DNA of 64,000 bases from Amoebidium appalachense. Lineage: Eukaryota > Protista > Ichthyosporea. Under the pieces are notes generated by a model. It did no database searches, had not been told where the DNA came from, and saw only the letters and a list, made by a program, of their open reading frames with translations. Position numbers and translations under genes: made by a program. The stretch covers positions 5,286,907 to 5,350,906 of the forward strand of contig CAVNZM010000001.1 of assembly GCA_963693365.1 (NCBI GenBank). Direction: 5' to 3'. Positions 60,888 to 64,000 of the stretch are shown here, piece by piece. Each line of letters begins with the position of its first letter. Within the stretch, counting starts at the first letter, position 1.

Positions 60888-62633
60888 GCCAAGCCCCACC
60901 TAGTCCGCCCCGCCCCACTCCGAAGAAATTCCTTTGGGTGCCATTTTAACAAATTGAAAGAAGCACGGATTCTGCTACCTCTGGGGCTTTTATGGAATAT
61001 TGTTGTCCTAAAAAAAAAAAAGTCTTGGGCTCTTGCCAGTTTCTTGGCATTGTTTTTTTGTCAGATGCGTTCCATGATCTTAATGTTCTTCTACTATATC
61101 GAGAAATACATTTTCAAGTAATACATATTAAAATGAATTTATTTAGTCAGCAAAAGAGCCTTTTCGCAAGTTATTACAAGCATAGGACAATGTAATGTAA
61201 TGTAATGTGGACGAGCTCAAATATTCACGATTATGGGGGTTCAAGGAGAACGAATAATCTGTTGGGAACGGATATTATCACGTGGATGCACATGGTGCAG
61301 CGTACGTTGCAGCACTGGGGCCGGGGTCACGTTTCTAGAATCTCAGCAGCTCTCTCAGCATATTGATCTAAGAAAAAAACCAAAAAATATCAAATAATTA
61401 TATGTATTTCGTCGTTGGTGATTTCTTCTGCTTTTGACTACACGGCACGCCACGTAAACCCCGACAACCAATAAAGGATGATTTACCGCGTCCGCGCTCC
61501 CAAATCCGTCCAATCGCAATGACGTACGAGCAAGTTTGTTTAAGTATTCTTAACCCTGGTATGACTGAACTTATAGAGACACAAGCAAGTGAAAAAAACG
61601 GCTTACTGAATACACCCCACTTTGGAAAATGATGAATTCAAAGAGCCTAAATATCTAAATGTTTACATATGACATCAAAAAAAACGTGCTTGGTACAATA
61701 CGTACAGCAATAAGTTATCGAATTGGTTTGCGTTATCGATCACGGTCACGGACGAATGGAAATGCGCGGCAGAAAACAAAAAAATTACACACTTTCTAAA
61801 TGGGCAACGTTGTCAGGGCCGGCTTGCACGCGGATACTTAGAACAGCGCGGCACTGATACTTTTACTACTATTATGTTAGAAAATAGAATAAAATATGGG
61901 AAGAATTTTGCAATGTGCTGTCCACAATACTGAGCGATATATGGAATCTATATCTAATTCTATTACCTCTGTATTCTTTGCTATGACATAGTATGCGGCT
62001 TGAGCCTTGAAGGCGAAGCTTCAGTTGCATCTCACTCCAAGTGTTAATTGGTTGACTATCACAATCTATAAACTCCGTTTGGTCGCACCGACACCAAACA
62101 ATTCGTCTAATAATATTTCGGAGGCGGGGTATAAATTCGTTTTCTCTTGCACTCTCTCATTCCATGGGAAACTCACCACGATGTTGTTGCTTTCGACATT
62201 TCCCACCCCTCTCTCGCAGGTGCATGTTTGAGAGGGTCACATCACTTCCCAGAATATTAGTTCACTTGGGCTATGTTAGTTAGTTCCACGGGTGTCCAGA
62301 TCAAACATGCAACCGTAGGTAGATAAGCGCGAACGAGTACGTTGAGAAACGAGCAATATACACATCAGTTATAGCAGCTTTGACGTTCTCATCTTCCACT
62401 TCTTTTCAAAGGTGTCCTATTAGCCCCTTCCTTATATTTTTTGTTTTGTTTTTAAACCTCCGAACGATCACAGAGTTTGGCATTGGTAATTTCTGTCTAT
62501 ACTACTGTTTAAACTTCTTTTCAAGCTTACCATCCTTATCTAACGTTGTCTTCTGTCCGACCACGCTTCAAGCACATACGCCAACCAGAAGACTTCATAA
62601 CCCTCCTCCCGAGGCTTAGACATCAGCACGAAA

Positions 62634-62957
62634 ATGGTTTTATCTTCCTGTATTCGTCACGTAACTGTCGAGTATAGTGAAGGGAGGTCTCTTTCCTCCC
62701 CTTCACACACGAGAAGAAACCTCCTAAAGGAGCGCCGCCAAAATGGGCATGTTCACTTCGACACTCGTGTCCGTGTTTCAGAAACGTACAGCGCACTTGA
62801 ATACGACCGTAGTGGGAGAGGTTTCATGAGAATGAGACGGTTCAAGGGCGGAGATTCATGGTATGACTCGTCGGTGAACATGGGTGCCTTTTACGATACC
62901 CTCTTGTATGCCTGTGTGGCGGTAGTGACGGCGGTAGCTCTCCGCGTGTGGGGTTGA
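62634..62957 (+). CDS. Small putative PP1-targeting protein with C-terminal membrane anchor, 107 aa
   Basis: Single-exon ATG-to-stop ORF of normal complexity. HVHFDTRVRVSETYSALEYDR resembles the extended RVxF..TYSxxxYDR motif, and the C-terminus LLYACVAVVTAVAL is hydrophobic. Confidence 0.7.
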   Translation: MVLSSCIRHVTVEYSEGRSLSSPSHTRRNLLKERRQNGHVHFDTRVRVSETYSALEYDRSGRGFMRMRRFKGGDSWYDSSVNMGAFYDTLLYACVAVVTAVALRVWG

Positions 62958-63574
62958 CCATCCGTCTCAGCAGATGTGAAGCACCTTTGGTTCTGGATAG
63001 TGCTGATGACGAAGGGGGCTAGTACTGTATGAAAGTGCAACACGATGCTGAAGGTCTTCGCGAGAAATGGTTGCATGGTGAGATCTAACCAATCCCATCT
63101 GCCACAACAAAAACAAGTATTCGTATGCTTGAAGCAGGAAAAGCCACGTGATATATGAATGAAATGCTCCAACGCAGTGAAGCTAACTCTGCCGTAGCTT
63201 TTGTATTTAAACTTAGTCTTCCCACCCACGTTGTAGGAGGTGATTCAAGGGCTGTAAGCTAATTTGTATAGTTTTTTTTTAACGAAATGCTGCAAAGCTC
63301 ACGCCGCTGTGTACTTGATACTAAGCAGCCGGAAGTCAGCTATGAATGGCTCTGTACTATTGGCAAGCAACCCGCCATATATACTGCAGGTGTTGCCAAG
63401 ACTGGTTGACCTCCTGTATATATCTAGCGCTGTCGTTGCTCCCTTGTAAGGCTGCTATGTACATAGACACTTTCTTTTGCTAAACTTACGTGAATGGCCC
63501 TTCTCTTACATTTAAATCTTTACCCTCGTTGGTTTATGCAAGCAGCATACATATACAAGCAGGATGGATTAAAG

Positions 63575-63650
63575 TAAGCTACAGGCTCCATAACCAAGTC
63601 AAGTTAGCTCCATAACTAAGTCAAGCTACAGGCTCCATAACTAAGTCAAG
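63575..63650. repeat. Short tandem repeat, three 22-27 bp units containing GCTCCATAAC(C/T)AAGTCAAG
   Basis: Read directly in the sequence. Confidence 0.7.
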
Positions 63651-63693
63651 TTTTCGTCTTGACTTCATCCGGTGTGATGTACAAGCACCTTAC

Positions 63694-63755
63694 CTGATTC
63701 TTTTCAACTAGTACAGTGTCCACCTTGCGAAAGCACGAGTGCGAAGAAATGTTGC
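63694..63755 (-). other. Probable exon of a gene entering from the right edge
   Basis: CTGCAG acceptor and GTAAGG donor bracket 62 nt (..GNISSHSCFRKVDTVLVEKNQ in one frame). Neighbouring exons not identified. Confidence 0.3.
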
Positions 63756-64000
63756 CTGCAGAACCTAAGTCACATATGTTTTTTAGCAGATAACAAGTAC
63801 GTCAACACAAGCATAAATTGTAATCCGCTTACGAGAGGGAGGGGGAGAATAAAGCGGGGAGGCGGGGGGGGGGGGGGGGGGGGGGGGGGGAGGGAGCAGG
63901 AAGCACAAAAGATAAGTTGTAGGCGTGCCGGCCTCTGTGCCCCCCTCCTCCCCCCCCCCCACACCCACCCACCCACACCCACCCCTCCTTCCCCGTCTTT

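Noticed and set aside
63575-63650. CRISPR-like spaced repeat
   Set aside because: The units are contiguous with no unique spacers, and the context is eukaryotic.

Overview
Eukaryotic genomic DNA, intron-rich and loaded with poly-G/poly-C, (CA)n/(GT)n and (CT)n tracts. The gene content (DEPDC1/7-type DEP protein, VCPWE motifs, THAP domain) suggests a unicellular opisthokont or holozoan, but this is inference only. Most of the six-frame ORFs are microsatellite artefacts. By splicing exons by hand I recover proteasome alpha-5 (PSMA5, 7 coding exons), a bestrophin-like channel (12-13 exons), a DEP-domain protein (7 exons), a type-I mucin-like membrane protein, a small tail-anchored PP1-binding protein, a small unknown 4-exon gene, and the 5' part of a gene with tandem VCPW[E/D] motifs. 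The centre (about 30.4-37.9 kb) is a nested transposon cluster: a tyrosine-recombinase remnant, an old APE-RT non-LTR retrotransposon, a young non-LTR element inserted into it with a 10-bp TSD, and two tandem Helentron-like elements. A second, near-identical copy of the young element lies inverted at 58.7-60.4 kb, next to a THAP-transposase pseudogene and a 263-bp palindrome. The most unusual signals are three: the young retroelement ends about 200 nt past its A-tract in a structured, non-poly(A) terminus; two short homologous modules are shared between unrelated gene 3' regions; and (CA)n tracts abut many splice acceptors.
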